Source: Guillardia theta CCMP2712 (Eukaryota; Protista; Cryptophyta). Taken from it: DNA of 57,096 bases. The position numbers were made by a program, and so were the translations under genes. A model generated the notes under the pieces. That model did no database searches. It saw only the letters and a program-made list of their open reading frames with translations, and had not been told where the DNA came from. Positions 37,235-51,135 of this stretch are shown here, piece by piece. The stretch is taken from the NCBI RefSeq assembly GCF_000315625.1, contig NW_005434673.1, positions 704,002-761,097 on the forward strand, read 5' to 3'. Positions within the stretch are counted from its first letter, which is position 1. Every line of letters begins with the position of its first letter.

Positions 37235-39178
37235 TCAGTTGCACATCCAACACGAGATTCTATCATCCAACTTTCGCTCTGCCTGATGCACTAGAGCTTG
37301 ATAGCGCTGAGACAGTTGCCCGGCCACTATCAAGCATCGAACATGAAACCGAGATATCAGACAACCCCGAAATGTTTCGCTCCAAGCTTGGGCCAACCGA
37401 CGGGCTCTGGCCCAAAAGGGCATCAAGGTCCAATGTTTGACTGTCAAGGCGCCCTTCAATCTGCCAACACTTGTCAGTCCAAAATGCGTCTGTAAGCGTA
37501 AACTTACGCTCGGAGGCTCGTCTAAAGATTCCAGGATTCCAGATCCGTGAGCAGGGTCGTTGTTCGTTGGTTCGGCTTTGATTGACACTGTGTTGTCTGG
37601 ATGAGCATTTTCATCGATCTCTTCGTATTTGTTCGAGCTTAAACATCCATCGTGGTCCACCCCTGGGCTGTAAAGCATCATGGAGTCCAAGCGGTCAGCC
37701 TTGATGGTCAAAGAATCTGTTCCGAGTGGAGTTCCAGCAGACAAAAGCTTGTCCAGGCTTCCAGAGGAGGCCATATGGTGACTTGAACTGGAACCCTCCT
37801 CATGCAAAGAAGTGTTGCTGACAACATCGTCGACCAACTTGTCGGGATCTTCAATTGGTTCTACAGGCAGGGGACTGTAAACGAAGTTGGGATAAGAGAC
37901 AATTTAAACAAGCCTTCAAATTACGTACCCGTCCTCGATCTCCAAGAGCGTAGGTTTTTCATGTCTTGATGATTGTAAATTCGTAATTCTCAAGGTGTCT
38001 CTCCCTGTCGTTGCACTCTATCCCAAAATATCAATACAAGTGGTTCCAAGTTCATTCAACATACCTGTTTGGATACTGAAGCCATTAGCGACTCAAGCCA
38101 TTCATCAGTCTGAGAATAGTCGTTGGGTCTTGGCAGCGTTGGGCTGGTTTCGTTTGCAGCTTTGTTGTCCACCTTGAGAGGCAGCATTCAAAACAAACGC
38201 ATGCATTCCTTCACAGTCTTATCACCATCAATCTTGCTCGCTTGAAACGCATAGGATTCTCAGATCCATCCAGTATTTGTTGCATGGATTTGTCGTTATC
38301 GATGGAGGCGATCCCGATAGATTGACAAGCCTTCATGAGAACCTCAAGCATTTTGGTGAGCCTTTGTTCCAGAACCTATCTTGAAAGTCAAGAGCCATGA
38401 TGCACTTTCTACGAAGCTCACCTCTTGTCTCTGCTTGCTCTGCATCATTTCAGTAAAGATAAGCTGTTTTTCAGCTTCTTTTTGCTGCAATGCAGCCTCA
38501 AGTTCCTTGTGTTTCGCCCTGAGGCATATTTCAAAAACAATTTCACAGACTTGACCTAAGGCTCACTTCAAATCTTGAAATTCAGCCATCAGCCTGTCAG
38601 TCTCGCATTTTTGCCGAATAGGATCCTTTTCGAATCCGGGTCCACTGGCTACTTTCCTCTTAATATCCTTGAACAAATGTTCATTGCCTTTCCTTGTGGT
38701 AGATTATGAGTGACAATAATTCGGGGGGAAAGAAAGTACCTGAACATAGGATGCGCAAATTCACACGTTTCTGATTCTTGGGAAGTTTTGTGGAACCCAT
38801 AAAGATTCAACTGGCGTACAAAAGACGCGAAGTTGCTATGTTTGAAATATCTAACAGACATCTTTCAGGTTCCATTCAAGATCGTTAGGAAAAATCATAC
38901 CTTGGGAGCACCTGTGTTGCAAACAAAGAGGGATTGATGACAATAATGCTGTCTCCGGTGCTCGACCACGCCACATATGGTGCTGCGGTCTGGTCATCGA
39001 GCATCATGGCCAACTTGCCAATGAACGAGGGAACATTCTGCTTGCTATCGTCCATGCTCATAAAATCGTTGCAACCTTTCTTGTTGTTGATTTGCGATCC
39101 GCCTTCTTCGAGTCCAATATGTTCAATCCAAGCCAATTGACCTTCAGCGTTTGTATTCAATTCTTCAAATGATAGCTA
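37235..39178 (-). CDS. HSF: Heat shock transcription factor; 5' end uncertain
   Basis: VPSFIGKL...VLPR|[21 protein letters not shown]...EFAHPMF. Confidence 0.92.
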
Positions 39179-40511
39179 AAAGCAAAGGAAAAGTCAGAAC
39201 AGAACTGGCTGGGGTCTAAGAATTGATCAAAGCATAAATTGACACAGCAGCAGGCAGCAGATCAGGGATTTTATGTCAAAAGACGGCAAATCATGGAGAC
39301 AGAGAAACACAAAGACTGCCAGAATATCGCGAGGGGAACATACGCCAACACAGGTAGCACGAGATAACTTTAAATGGGAATATGGTGGGTGTGCTCGTTA
39401 GGCCATAGTTGGGCACGAGATCTTCAGCAGAGGCTAAAGTCGAGAGACTAGAGGAGGTAGAACAGTTGATGCAGTCCCTCAGTTTGAAAGAGGATGAGGG
39501 TATGGCTTTTTCTGCATGAAGGATAATTCCCCTGATCATCATAAGTGATGTATCGGGAGAGACCAAAGAATTGTTGCAAAAGTCGTATGTTTCATGTAAG
39601 AATTGTGCGTGATATTAGATAGAAAGTAGATAGAAACGAGACAGACCGAATGCAAGGAAGTTTTCACAAAACAAAGCTTTAGCAGTCTCGGCTGAATATC
39701 AAGCTGGTTAACACATCCTTCAGTGCTCAAGAGGACAGAAGACAACAATGAATGCGATGAAAGGAGACAGGTGGAGACAGCAGCAGCAGCAGCAGCAGCA
39801 GGAAGCAACATGGTTGCGGTGTTGGCGGTGAGAAGGAGCAACGAAAGGAGGCGATGAGCGGTTGGTCAGCTTGGCGCCGCCATACTTTGTGGCCGAGGGT
39901 CGTGCGAGGCGGTCATAGGAGCCCTAGGAGAGTCTAGGAGCACCACATATAGCGTTATATGAACAGTACTAAATGTGGTCGAATATCTTTATATGTACTG
40001 GTTCAGTACTGAGACAACCAGTATCATTCCTCTCACTGTTTGTATTTTAAAATATTTTCTTTACAAAATCTACAAATGCAGGAGCAATCGGTATTGCATG
40101 AACAAATTTTGTAAAGAGGTTTATTTAAATTTAAAAATGTCATATAGAAGCTGCTGAAGTTTAATAATTCCTTAATAAAGTATGCCAGCAGGTGCTCGTA
40201 CAAAAAATTTGGAGTGATTTGAAGAAAACCACGAGGGAGCGGCAGAGATCTGAGGTTCAAACTGATTGCCGTAACATTGAAAAGATTTATCTGTTCGCTC
40301 AACATATTTCCTTAGACCGTTTAAATTTTAGTCATTTTCGGTAAAATGTTCATCAAGGTTCAAACTTGTTTTTAGAATCAAATTCTTATTTAAATGTATT
40401 TAAAAATACAAAGGGTTTTAGAAACCACTCCCTTTCTCGGTGTCTGCCATCTCTGTGCTCCCAGTTGTTATTCTGAGGTGAACTTGCTTCGCTCGGTCGG
40501 AGGAGGCGAAC

Positions 40512-42090
40512 ATGGGGTGGGGGGCGGGGTCGTGCCGTCCTCGTCTGCCTCCTCTGCCTCGTCTTGTCGCTCTGGCCATGTTGTTGATGAGCTGTCAAGC
40601 AGCTCCGATCGAACCTGATCAGATCATGATCTTGTTCCATGCTCCAGATAACATCATGAGATCTTTCGGAGAGGACTCGATGACTATCAATAGCCTGTAC
40701 GCGCAGAGACACGGGTTTGCTTTCAAAGTCATCAAAGATGTAGTTGTTGAAGACAGAGATGTGACGTGGTCGAAAGTCAAGATCCTCGCGAGAGAGTTGT
40801 CACCCATTCTTGAAGGAGACGACAAGAGCAGGGTCAAGGTTCTGTTGTGGCTGGATAGCGATGCAGTCTTCACAAACTTCGACTTCGATCTGTTGTCTCT
40901 ATGTCAGAAGTTCTTTGATTCAAGCTTTCATTTGGCGCTCTGTAAGGACCTCAGTATGCCACGAGACTCCGGCATCACCTGTGGTCCAGTGTGCTTCAGT
41001 ACAGGATCCATTCTCCTTCGAAGGGATGGATGGACTGCACGATTCACGCAGAGTTGGTGGGATTCGGGAGGGGAGATGCAGCAGTTCCTCTTTGGGAGAG
41101 ACCATGAAGAATCGGTATGAGTATGAAGTACTTCGATCGTGGGGGAGATTAAATTGATGGGCTCCAGGTGTTTGCCAAGTTGTATGAGAAAGATGCGATG
41201 GGGGTAAGTTGCATAGTGACGAGAGTGCATCTCACGAGCAAACTGAAGGTCAGAAACAAGACCATGGCTCTGAGGCCCACAGAGTTGAACTCTGTAGCTC
41301 CCTTTCATGAAGGCCATGAGCCTGCCCAACCGATCATGCATCTTGCCTCGGAGCCCAGAGAAGTCAGGGAGTCGGTATGGGTCAGGTCACCCCCTCGACT
41401 TCTGACTTGGCAGGGCAGGTCTTCAGCTATCTGCGAAGTCTTATTGCCAGCAGCTCTAACGGAACATTGTAACCGGACTTGTCAAAACCAAGACAGGTGG
41501 TAATCCTTTGTTTCCAGGATCCTCAACATTTCCCACGCACTGGATCAGAATCGACTAGATGTCCTCGTAAAGCAAGGATATGAGAAAGCGTGGGCGAACA
41601 GCCCTACTGATCCTCATGTTACCATTGCTCGTTGTCTCACGTTCTAGCTGCCTCATTGTGTGGTGTTTGAATAGGTTGCTACTGTCTTGGCGGCCAAGGA
41701 GCGTCAAGGAGGAATGAAGGAGAAAGCAAGAGAGTTGTTGCTCCAAGCGATGAAACTTGCACCGGGTGATCCAGATGCTGCGGTGATGCCTGGTAGTGCT
41801 TGTTGCCACGGGAAGGCTGACATCAGGCACGGCAGATCAACTACGGGAGTTTGCTTGGATCACAAGCTGAAGAAGGAAGCAATAAAGAACAAGACTGGTG
41901 TGAAGCCGCAAAAGTTTTCCTTCATGCTTCACAGCTGGTGTGCTGGGACTGAGGGAGGAGGCTAGTATGCTTACAGATTGACATTCTCAGGTCCCTTCTT
42001 CAAGGCAGGCAGGAATGCTCTTGAGAAATTCAAACCAACGCTGTGCAGAAGAGAGACAGGTATCCTGACCATTTTCATTCCAACAAAGTG
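40512..42090 (+). CDS. Glycosyltransferase family 34 (GMA12/MNN10-like) with signal peptide; 3' end approximate
   Basis: YAQRHGF, WSKVKIL, LLWLDSDAVFTNFD (DxD). Confidence 0.75.
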
Positions 42091-42378
42091 AAAGGAAACA
42101 GAATCGGCTTTCAAGAACTCAAAGATTCAATGTTGGGCTCAAGGCATTGATGCTACTGATTTTGATTGCATCTATTGCCGTTATGTTTTATTGGAAAGGT
42201 AATGCTCACATACAGACCGATTTCAAGGACAAAAGGAACCAGGGTCTGAATATGAATAATAAGGGCAAAAAGGGGAGGTAGGAACGTGTACTTGGCAAGA
42301 ATCAGAATCCGAAGAAATCTTTCATTAGATTGAGAAGTACATCGACAATCAAACTGCCTTCACCAAAAAACGTTTCGC

Positions 42379-43545
42379 TTAATCCCTCTCACTAATTGCG
42401 ACAAGATGCCTTTCGATTTCTGCCTCATCCAACTGCCTGAACCTTCCCTTGTTGTCCTTGTTGACCACACCAACCTGGAAAGCATCAGTCAATAACTCAA
42501 TGCTTGAATCAACAATCAGGATCATCCTGTCAGGATGCAACACACTTATCAAAGAGGCAGAGCGACTATGGTCACACTGAAAAAGAAAGAGGAAACGAAA
42601 TCTCACCTCAATGTCTGAGCACTTGAAGTCAGCTGACAAGACAGATTGCAGTACTGTAATTGCCATCTGAATGGTCTCATCATATGAAAGCGTAGGGGAA
42701 TTCTTCAACTTCTTTTCCAACATATTCTTGGCCTCAAGATCCTTTTGACCGGCTGCAACTGCTTTGTACCCCAAATAATGGCCCGCGGGATCGCACATGA
42801 ACAGCTGAGGACCCTTCTCATCATCCATTCCACATAGCATCATCGTAACACCATATGGGCGCATACCAGCATGTTGCGTGTAGACTTGGTTCATGTCAGC
42901 AACTCGCTTTGCCAACACCTCGGGAGGCATGTCGTATCCATACTTGTATCTGAACTGCGCTGCTTCCTGGCGCACACGCTGAATTTGAGCACGAGCATCC
43001 GCTTGGTGTCCAGTCTGCACGCATCCTATAGTTTCTGTAACTCTGTACATGTGCGTGACTGACGAAGGATCCAACAGCTTATCCTGTGAGTGTCCTTGCG
43101 CAACTTTCTTCTGCGTAACAATGCAAACGCTATCTGCTCCCCGAACACCCACTGTGGTGATACCCGCTGCCTTCACTGCCTTGAAAGCATACTCTACAAT
43201 CAAGGTTAGAAATAACAAAAATAAAATCAAGTCGTGGAGGATCGCAAAGCATCACAAAACGTGCTCAAAACATTTCAATCTTTCGGTATCAGTTCAATTT
43301 AGGAGCACCACCAACAGATTCAGCGGTACTGTTCACCAAACACACATGGAATGGTGTTGAAAAATGCATCCAAGCATAAAGAACCGAAGACATGACATGA
43401 CAAGGCAAGGTGAAGCAAGACAAGAGCAGAAAGGAACAAAGCGTCTCGTGCGATTAGCTTGCTGCTCACCAATCTGGTAGAGTCTTCCTTCAGGCGAGAA
43501 GACAGTGATGAGCCTGTCATACCCCGACGAGCTGTTCCGCGACAT
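42379..43545 (-). CDS. PSMA6: 20S proteasome subunit alpha type-6 (alpha1)
   Basis: [17 protein letters not shown]|[32 protein letters not shown]. Confidence 0.96.
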
Positions 43546-44210
43546 TATCCCGCGACACCTGTCCTGGCACCTCAAGCGTAACGGTTCATGTTAAAATATA
43601 ACTGTAATCACTACCGTGATTATCGTGACCGTAAGGCGGCCCGGCCCGGGCATCTCGGCCGGCCCGGCCGGGCCGGGTCCGACGCTCCGAGTCGGATCGG
43701 ACTGCCTCAGGCTGGTAAGCGAGTCGCGGCGCGGGCGGCCCCTCGGGCAGTTACTTTGTCACTCCGACTGTCATGCATGATCCTCATGTCTGGATGCTTC
43801 AAGTGGGTTTCACATCCGACAGGCTACCGCACCCGGTCACGAGTCGTGACGGTGTGCGGCTGAGCCCGGGACGGGCCGGCCCGCCAGTGTCGCCGGAGCC
43901 GGGCAGCCTGGGCCGCTGACGGCGTCTCTAGGCTGCCCCGGCCCGGAAAGAAATCCTCGCGCTGTTGGCTGCCGCTACTCCTCGCCTCCACTTGTTGTTC
44001 TCCTCTACAACTCCCGCCCTGTTGGCTGCCGTTGACCACCCCCTACCCCCTTGTGAGCCTTGTGTCTCAGGTAGATTTGAATTACTACCCCGGCTCTTTC
44101 CACAAAGACAGTATCAACGATCGGGGTTAGGGGTAGGGTGATGTACCCATACCTCCAGCCCCCGAACTGCCTATAAAAACCATGCTGTGGTGAGCTAACG
44201 ATCATCAAAC

Positions 44211-44615
44211 ATGTCCGGAAAGGCAGGCAAAGGAGCTGCAGGAAGAGGAAAGTCCAAGGGAGGCAAGTCCGTCTCCCGCTCCAAGAAGGCAGGACTTCAG
44301 TTTCCTGTTGGTCGTGTGCACAGGTACCTCAAGAACGGCAAGTATGCTACCAGAGTCGGTGCGGGAGCTCCCGTGTACCTTGCTGCCGTGTTGGAGTACC
44401 TCTCTGCTGAGGTCCTCGAGTTGGCCGGCAATGCCGCCCGTGACAACAAGAAGTCTCGCATCATTCCCAGGCACGTTCAGCTTGCTGTCAGGAACGACGA
44501 GGAGCTCAACAAGCTTTTGGGAGGAGTGACCATTGCCAGTGGTGGTGTTCTTCCTAACATCCATTCTGTTCTCCTGCCCAAGAAGAGCAAGAGTGCTGAG
44601 AAGAAGTCTGATTAG
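44211..44615 (+). CDS. H2A: Histone H2A (canonical type, intronless)
   Basis: [17 protein letters not shown]...[18 protein letters not shown]. Confidence 0.99.
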   Translation: MSGKAGKGAAGRGKSKGGKSVSRSKKAGLQFPVGRVHRYLKNGKYATRVGAGAPVYLAAVLEYLSAEVLELAGNAARDNKKSRIIPRHVQLAVRNDEELNKLLGGVTIASGGVLPNIHSVLLPKKSKSAEKKSD

Positions 44616-45730
44616 AACGCTGATGCTTTCTTATTCTGCTCCTAGGCAGACAAATCAAAATCACTAGAATGTAAAATAAGATCTGTAATGAAAAGAGAAC
44701 CTTGGATTCATCTCCTTCTTGCCGCTCTTTACTTCATGTCTCACTGGATTCACATGCTAAGTGTGAAACCGAGATCTAGAGATGGTCCTGGCCTCATGGT
44801 TGGTGATCGATTTTTTGATGTGAAGCAGTTCCCAAATAGGAGATAGGTCTTGACTCTCGGCAAATATGGTTCAATTTCAAGTCAAAAGACAACCAGCGGA
44901 GAACCATAGAATGCAAGCCGAGCATTGGCTTACCACATGTAACATTCAGCCAGGCAGAAGATTGCTCGGCAACGTGTCATACGATTCGATACAACTGGAG
45001 CTGTCTTGATATCCATGCCATAATGTCTCACAGGCTGTGGCACGCAGTTCGAACACAGCAGAGTGCAGCTTGTCATTTGATGACTAGGAGGTGCTGTAGT
45101 TGGCAGTAGCAACATGTCAACTAAAGGCAGTAGCAATATGTCTACCACAACAGTGTCATCACTTGATCCAACCATTACTCTTCATTACTGTGGGTTGGCA
45201 GTGATAGGAGGTTCAGCTCTAGTCTATGCAACCTCGATTAGGTATGCTGATTGTTCCTCCAGTACAAGATAAATCTGACGTTGAAGGTCATACTGCGCTA
45301 ACTAGCATGCCGACCGTCGCTTGTAGTCAGTCACTGGTAGTCAGTCCTCGGGACGTGAGCGTAGGAGTTGGGGCAGCCGCATGGTGATTGGATCGAAAGT
45401 GATACCGCGGCGTGATTGTGACCGCTGATCTACATCTGAGGCTTCAAAAGGCGATTTCCCTGAGGAAGACAGTTGGCACTTGCAAAGCATGAATGAAGGT
45501 GGTAGTTGTAGTTGTTGCCACGTCCTTTCTAATTCAGCGTGAAGCAGGTTGTGACAGAGATGCACCAGTAAAAAAGTGAACATTTGCAAATTCAACTTGA
45601 TTTACCAAGAGGAATAATCGACAACAAAACGAGTACGGCAACCATTCCCGCAGTTCTCTTCAAAGACATTTACAGTACATTTCTTGATCAACCCAAGATG
45701 TGTATATACAGATATGGCGACAGATTGTGC

Positions 45731-46364
45731 TTATCCCGCAAAGGTTGCACCTGGCAAAGGCATGTAAGTATTTGATCGCCATAGATCATACTCTCGACTC
45801 ACCATTGTATCCAATGTTTTCCCTCGGTACATCGAAGAAGTTGATGTAGATTCGATTCGCAGGAATACCAAAACTCGATAGAAGCTTAGTCAATTCAGCT
45901 GAAACTGCCTTGTTATTGGCCTGGTTGATCGCACCGAGAGAATAGCAACATCCAAGAGCACAAGGGGTATCTTCACCACCCCAGATCATATCCATACCAT
46001 CCGACACGCACACTGCTACATACGACTCGGGCTTGCCTAGACCCTTAGCAAGAGCTGAGCTAGCAGCTTTCATGAATTCTTTCTTTTTATCACCCATCTT
46101 AACATTGGTGTTGAGAATCAACGAGGGATCTCCAGCGCAAATTTGTCCTGTTACCGGATCTATCCCACAATCCTTGGGAATCGGAAATCCTGTTCCGCCA
46201 GACAAAGACATTCGCAAGGAAGGAGCATCTGCAAGCTTTCTGGCAGGAGCTGTCCTTCCACCCAAGACTGTCGGGGACTTGGACGGGACGAGGAAGGAGT
46301 GGGACGAGGGCAGAGTCGCGATGGCAGCAGTTGCGGCCAGGAGAAGGACACGGGGGGACGCCAT
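45731..46364 (-). CDS. MIF: MIF/tautomerase-family protein with a bipartite plastid-targeting leader
   Basis: PSLILNTNV...LGKPESYVAV...IPANRIYINFFDV..ENIGYNG|ATFAG*; signal peptide ending SHS-F. Confidence 0.88.
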
Positions 46365-47854
46365 GGACGGAATGGAACGTTGTGCGACCTACCCACCCCA
46401 ACCATCCTTTAGAGAGGAGGTAACATTCCATAAGCTCCAAAGGTTGGGTGCAAGTACCGGTCATTTACCCGAAAAAACGATTTGATTTCCCCAAAGGGTC
46501 CACGAACCTTTCGGAATAGGGGTGGGGTCATCAGAGATTCAGTCTAGCAGGGCTCATTTGAGCAAAGGTTGGTGGGGTGGGGTAATATTTGCATTTTAGC
46601 TCCTGGTACAGGGGGGTGGTGGACATAGGGCTGAAGGGGTGGGACGATCGGGGCGGGGTAGTTGAAGTCAGCGTGCACGAGACGCTGACCTTTTTGATAT
46701 TTAAAGATAAAACATTATTTTTAAACTTTGGTTTATTGTATATTTCAAAAACATTTTGTATTTAAAACAAAATATACCTATACTTTTCTGGTATTCAGTA
46801 AAAACATAAAAGGTTTATTTTCTACAGCAATTTGTATATATGTTTTATCCAGTAACACAATTACAAGTGAATATTTTAAATGGCCCCACCAATGGCAATC
46901 GGAGCAGCAGGCATACGTGCTGTATGAAAGATGCTGCTGACTACCAACATTTGTTAGTCCAAAGTTGAGGCGAGCTTGAAGCTTTCGTCTTGCGGAATAT
47001 TTCAGAATTGAAGAGCTCTGTTTGCTTCAAAATACATCGAGACATTTCAACATTCATCTAAAACCAGAATTGAGGGTCAAACGTGGACCCCTCACCACCG
47101 CGATTTTGACTGTCATTCACTGGCAAAACAATGGGTGGGGGTAGTACTACAAAGAGTCGTTTCTGATTTGACCCCACCCCCTGAAGTGGAGGAGTAAACG
47201 GATATGACGAGGTGGTGGGTGTACAAGTAGTCGGACATGGGGTAGTAGAATAGGAAGTAGTAGCTGAGAAGGAGGGTGGGTATGGAAGTTGTGGGATATG
47301 CGAAGGTGGGTGATGAACGGGGGGTAGGTAGTTGTCAAGTTGGCGTAGACGTCAGTACAATTTTCAGTTTGTTGGGTATTTGATTGGACAAAAGTTTCAA
47401 ATATCTACTCAGTGTTTGAAATTTGGGAAATTTCGTTCCAGCGAGCTATTTTTACTCACAAAGCAAACAGATGCCAAGTTGATTTGCGCCATGGATCCTC
47501 TGCGACAGGGTTGCAGGGCCATGCCGAGGACAGCGGCAGCATGAGCTGAATACGGTAGATGGAAGTGAGGTTATGGCAGGGAGATGTAGACTCCCACATA
47601 CGTGCAAGCAGCCTGATAGGTTTGAATGAGAGTGAGAGGAGTTCAACGTGATGCAGGGATTTTCTTTGCCACAAGCTACGATATGTTCCAGTCGAAACAG
47701 CCATTGTTCAGTGTGGCATGAAGCACGTCTGAGGTGAATGGAGTTGTAAGAAAGGACGCAGACTTAGAAACGTGCAATTTTTTTGGGTTGTCTAGATATA
47801 TGCTTGTTTGTTGATTTCATAGTGTTGTTTTCTGATTGCTTTGTCGCAGGAAAC

Positions 47855-49936
47855 ATGGCTGATACGTCCGTTGGTATTCATTACTTCGCCATGTATCCTG
47901 GTTTCTCATGGCACTTTCAGGAGAAGCAACTGAAGTTGATGCCGAAGCACTGAACTCCGAGAATGTTTATTGGATCGATTACAGGTTAATTTTTGTATTT
48001 GGACGGAACGCGTTGCTGAAAACGTGCTTTCGTGTCCAGGAAGGATCGCAACTTCTTGGGAAGTGAGTTGAGGTCTGGAAGATTCAAAATCACCAAGTTC
48101 ATCCATGCAAGGCAAGCATGCATGATTTTCGACGAGTTACGGAGTTCCATATGTGTAATGTTGTGCATCCCCAGTGAGGTGTCATCTGTTGGATTGGTTT
48201 GGGAGGGAAGAGACAAGAAGAAGAACAACATGCGTGTGGCAATAAAGACCCCGAAGAATCCCGCAACTCCATCTGACTGGCCGTCAAACTGGTAAAAGAC
48301 AAACGCACGTGAATTATGTCTGTGACCGCGCTGTTCAGGATCAAGGAGTTGAAGGGTCTCATGACTTTTTCCAAGCTTGTGCATCCAAACATCATGAAAG
48401 TTCACGGAGTTTATGATGAGAAGTGCCCTACTTCCGGTGGCTTTGGCAAAGCTGGACAGCATATCCCATACATAGTTTTGGAGCATTGCCCTTGCACTGA
48501 CCTGTTCTCTTTCTTGGTTCGTTGCTTAATTCCGAATCTGTACAAATGTGACACCTTGTTTTCAGGAGAGCAGAGGTGCATTTCCCATGCGTCTCGCACG
48601 TCACTACTTTCTCCAACTGATGAATGGTGTGAAATACATTCACGACAAATCCACTTCTCACAGGCAAGCCACGTTTGCGTCAAAGTGTAGGGTAGTAAAC
48701 GACTTATCAACAGAGATATCAAGCCTGACAATATCATGCTTGACAAGTGGCTTACGCTCAAGGTATCATTCAAGTATTTGATTTTGGTTCTGATTTGTTC
48801 TCATTGCATCTAGATTGGAGATTTTGGATTCGCCCGTGCTGGAGATCAAGAGAAAGGGTTCAGATCCGTTCTGGTACCTAGATTGATTGTCAGACTTCGA
48901 TGTGCTTTGACAGATTTTCTTTCTTAAGGTTACCAAGCTTGGAACCCCAGAATATCGTGCACCGGATATTTACATTGATACTCCTGGCTCCAATGTTGGA
49001 GGCACAGGTTTGTCTCGTTGAAGCCAACGCGGTCAGGAAGGCTTATATTTTGCAGACCACGATCCACGTGCTCAAGACATTTGGGCTTGCGGTGTGACCC
49101 TTTTCGTGCTTCTCTGCAGATGCTATCCGTTCGGAAGGAAGGTGTGTCTCTTGTTATCTTCGATGAATGTCAATGGTTGTAAATTGTGTACAGGACTCGA
49201 GAAGAGGATGCAGGCAGTTTTTCAGGTGAAGCCAACAAGCTCACACCAATTTTCTCCCTTGCTCACAATGTTTTTGAAGCATGTTGGATTCCGACAAGGA
49301 TGAGAAGTATCCACCTACCCATTTGAACTACTGGAACACTTCCGATCACTACCTGATGGGCAATGTCACTCCCGGAGGTAGTCAACTTAATTACGGATAT
49401 GGCCTTGTGAATTTTTGTATGTAGACATGCGAGCTATCATTCAGTCTCAGGAACAAGGCAGTGCTGGAGGAGGTAACACATGGCATATCGACGTGATCTG
49501 TATGTTGATCGAGGATGCGAAGGTGCCGCTTGCATCGACCTCTTGAACCGAATGTGGGACTGCCGTACCAAGAGGCGCATCACCTCCAAGCAAGTTCTTG
49601 AGCATCCTTGGATCGAAGGCTGAACCTCTCCCGAGGTAACTTGAAGATGTGCCGCACGAAAGGATGATTTTCCATTCAGAGTTGAGGAAGTTGAAGACCA
49701 GCTCAGGGAGTTTGTCGCTGGAAAGGTCTTGATAAGAATTTCTTGTGTTTTGTTATCTCATTCCTTGCTTTTGTTCAGCTCAAGCCCGACGAGAGCATGC
49801 TTCTTGGACAGATGTTCGCTCTCAAGCCAGGTAAACCTCTATAATGAGTCCCTCACATCTCAAGCCTGTACCAGGCACGGATCGTATGCTCATGGAGGTC
49901 CACAACTCGTAAGAGGGACACACGGCTAGCCGAATA
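47855..49936 (+). CDS. Ser/Thr protein kinase (CAMK-like), very intron-rich; ends approximate
   Basis: VAIK, HPNIMK, HR|DIKPDNIML, IGDFGFAR, GTPEYRAP, DIWACGVTLF, LEHPWI. Confidence 0.9.
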
Positions 49937-50089
49937 ATGGCGAACGCAGTTTTGTCGCAAGAAGTATTTCTATGCGTTAGATAAACATTTGATTTGCTAC
50001 TGATTGTATGCGACTACCTGAGGGTTCTTATGGTTTGGAGTTTGTTTACATTTTACAATTCCTACTCACACCCATTCCTTTGAGTCTTA

Positions 50090-51104
50090 TCAAGCTCCTC
50101 CTGTCGAGCTGCTTGCAGCGTCTGGCGTTTGCCAGCGCGACAGCTTGTCTTTCACTTCTTGCAGCGCCGTAGTCAAGTGCAACTTCACGATGGCGAACCA
50201 ATCTAGGCACTGAATTCGAAGTCGCTGCCATGACGTGGCAACGAGCAACGAAAGCTTGTCAGCACTCTCCGAGCACGCATGGAGCACTTGCGATGCATTC
50301 GTGCTCTTCAAAATTTCCTCCAGGCCCTGCAGACCGCATGAGGAAGAATGCCTTTCAACTAGATCGGCTTGCTGAGATGCGCTCTCATTGGCCTGCCTCT
50401 GCTGGGCAATCAGACTCTCCTCGAGCTCCAAAATCTTCTCCTTCAGCGAGTGAATCTCATCTCTGGCATTTTCCAGCCGCTGGTTATCGTCGATGCTCTT
50501 CTCCTCCAGTATCTTCACTCTCTGAATCAACTCCATCTCATGGTTGGTGGCATTCTGTTGCCTTTCCTCAGCAACTCTTTCCTCTGCCTCCGTTGCATTC
50601 ACGTTTGAAATCTCGTCGTCGCCCTTCTCAATAGACTTCGCCATGGATGGTTTCAATCTGGCGGCTCAGTGAGATCAAAAGGAAGGAGAGAACACTGACC
50701 TGGCGTTTGCTCTTGCTAACGCTAACTCTCGAGCTTCTTGCGCCCTGATGATGATCTTTTCGAGCTGCTCAGTCAATTGGTTAGCTTTCTGAGCACTCTC
50801 CTCGTCTATCTCCGTGTATTGCTCGCACTCAGCTTCATCTGTCTCGGCGTTGTTGCTCGTGACTTGCTTCACATCCACGTTTGAACCGCTTGCTTGCGTC
50901 ATGGAAAAACTCTGCGGGGATGCTTGTGTCTGGCTCTGCTCTTGCATCCCAGAGGAGACACGCAGATCCACTTGTGGACGAGGACCTGTAGCAGAAACAA
51001 CTTCTTCCTCCTTATCTCTGATTATATTCATGCCCTCGTCCGGCTCTCGCCCTTGCCCTTGCCCTTGCTCCTGCTCCTGTTCCTGCTCCTGTTCCTGCTC
51101 CTGT

Positions 51105-51135
<31 letters not shown>

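Noticed and set aside
43084-43104. Possible 21-nt GT-AG intron in PSMA6 (VAQGHSQ)
   Set aside because: It is in frame, far shorter than other introns here, and removing it would delete a conserved Val; more likely a loop insertion.
44211-44615. H2A.X or H2A.Z variant
   Set aside because: No C-terminal SQ(E/D) motif and no H2A.Z signature.
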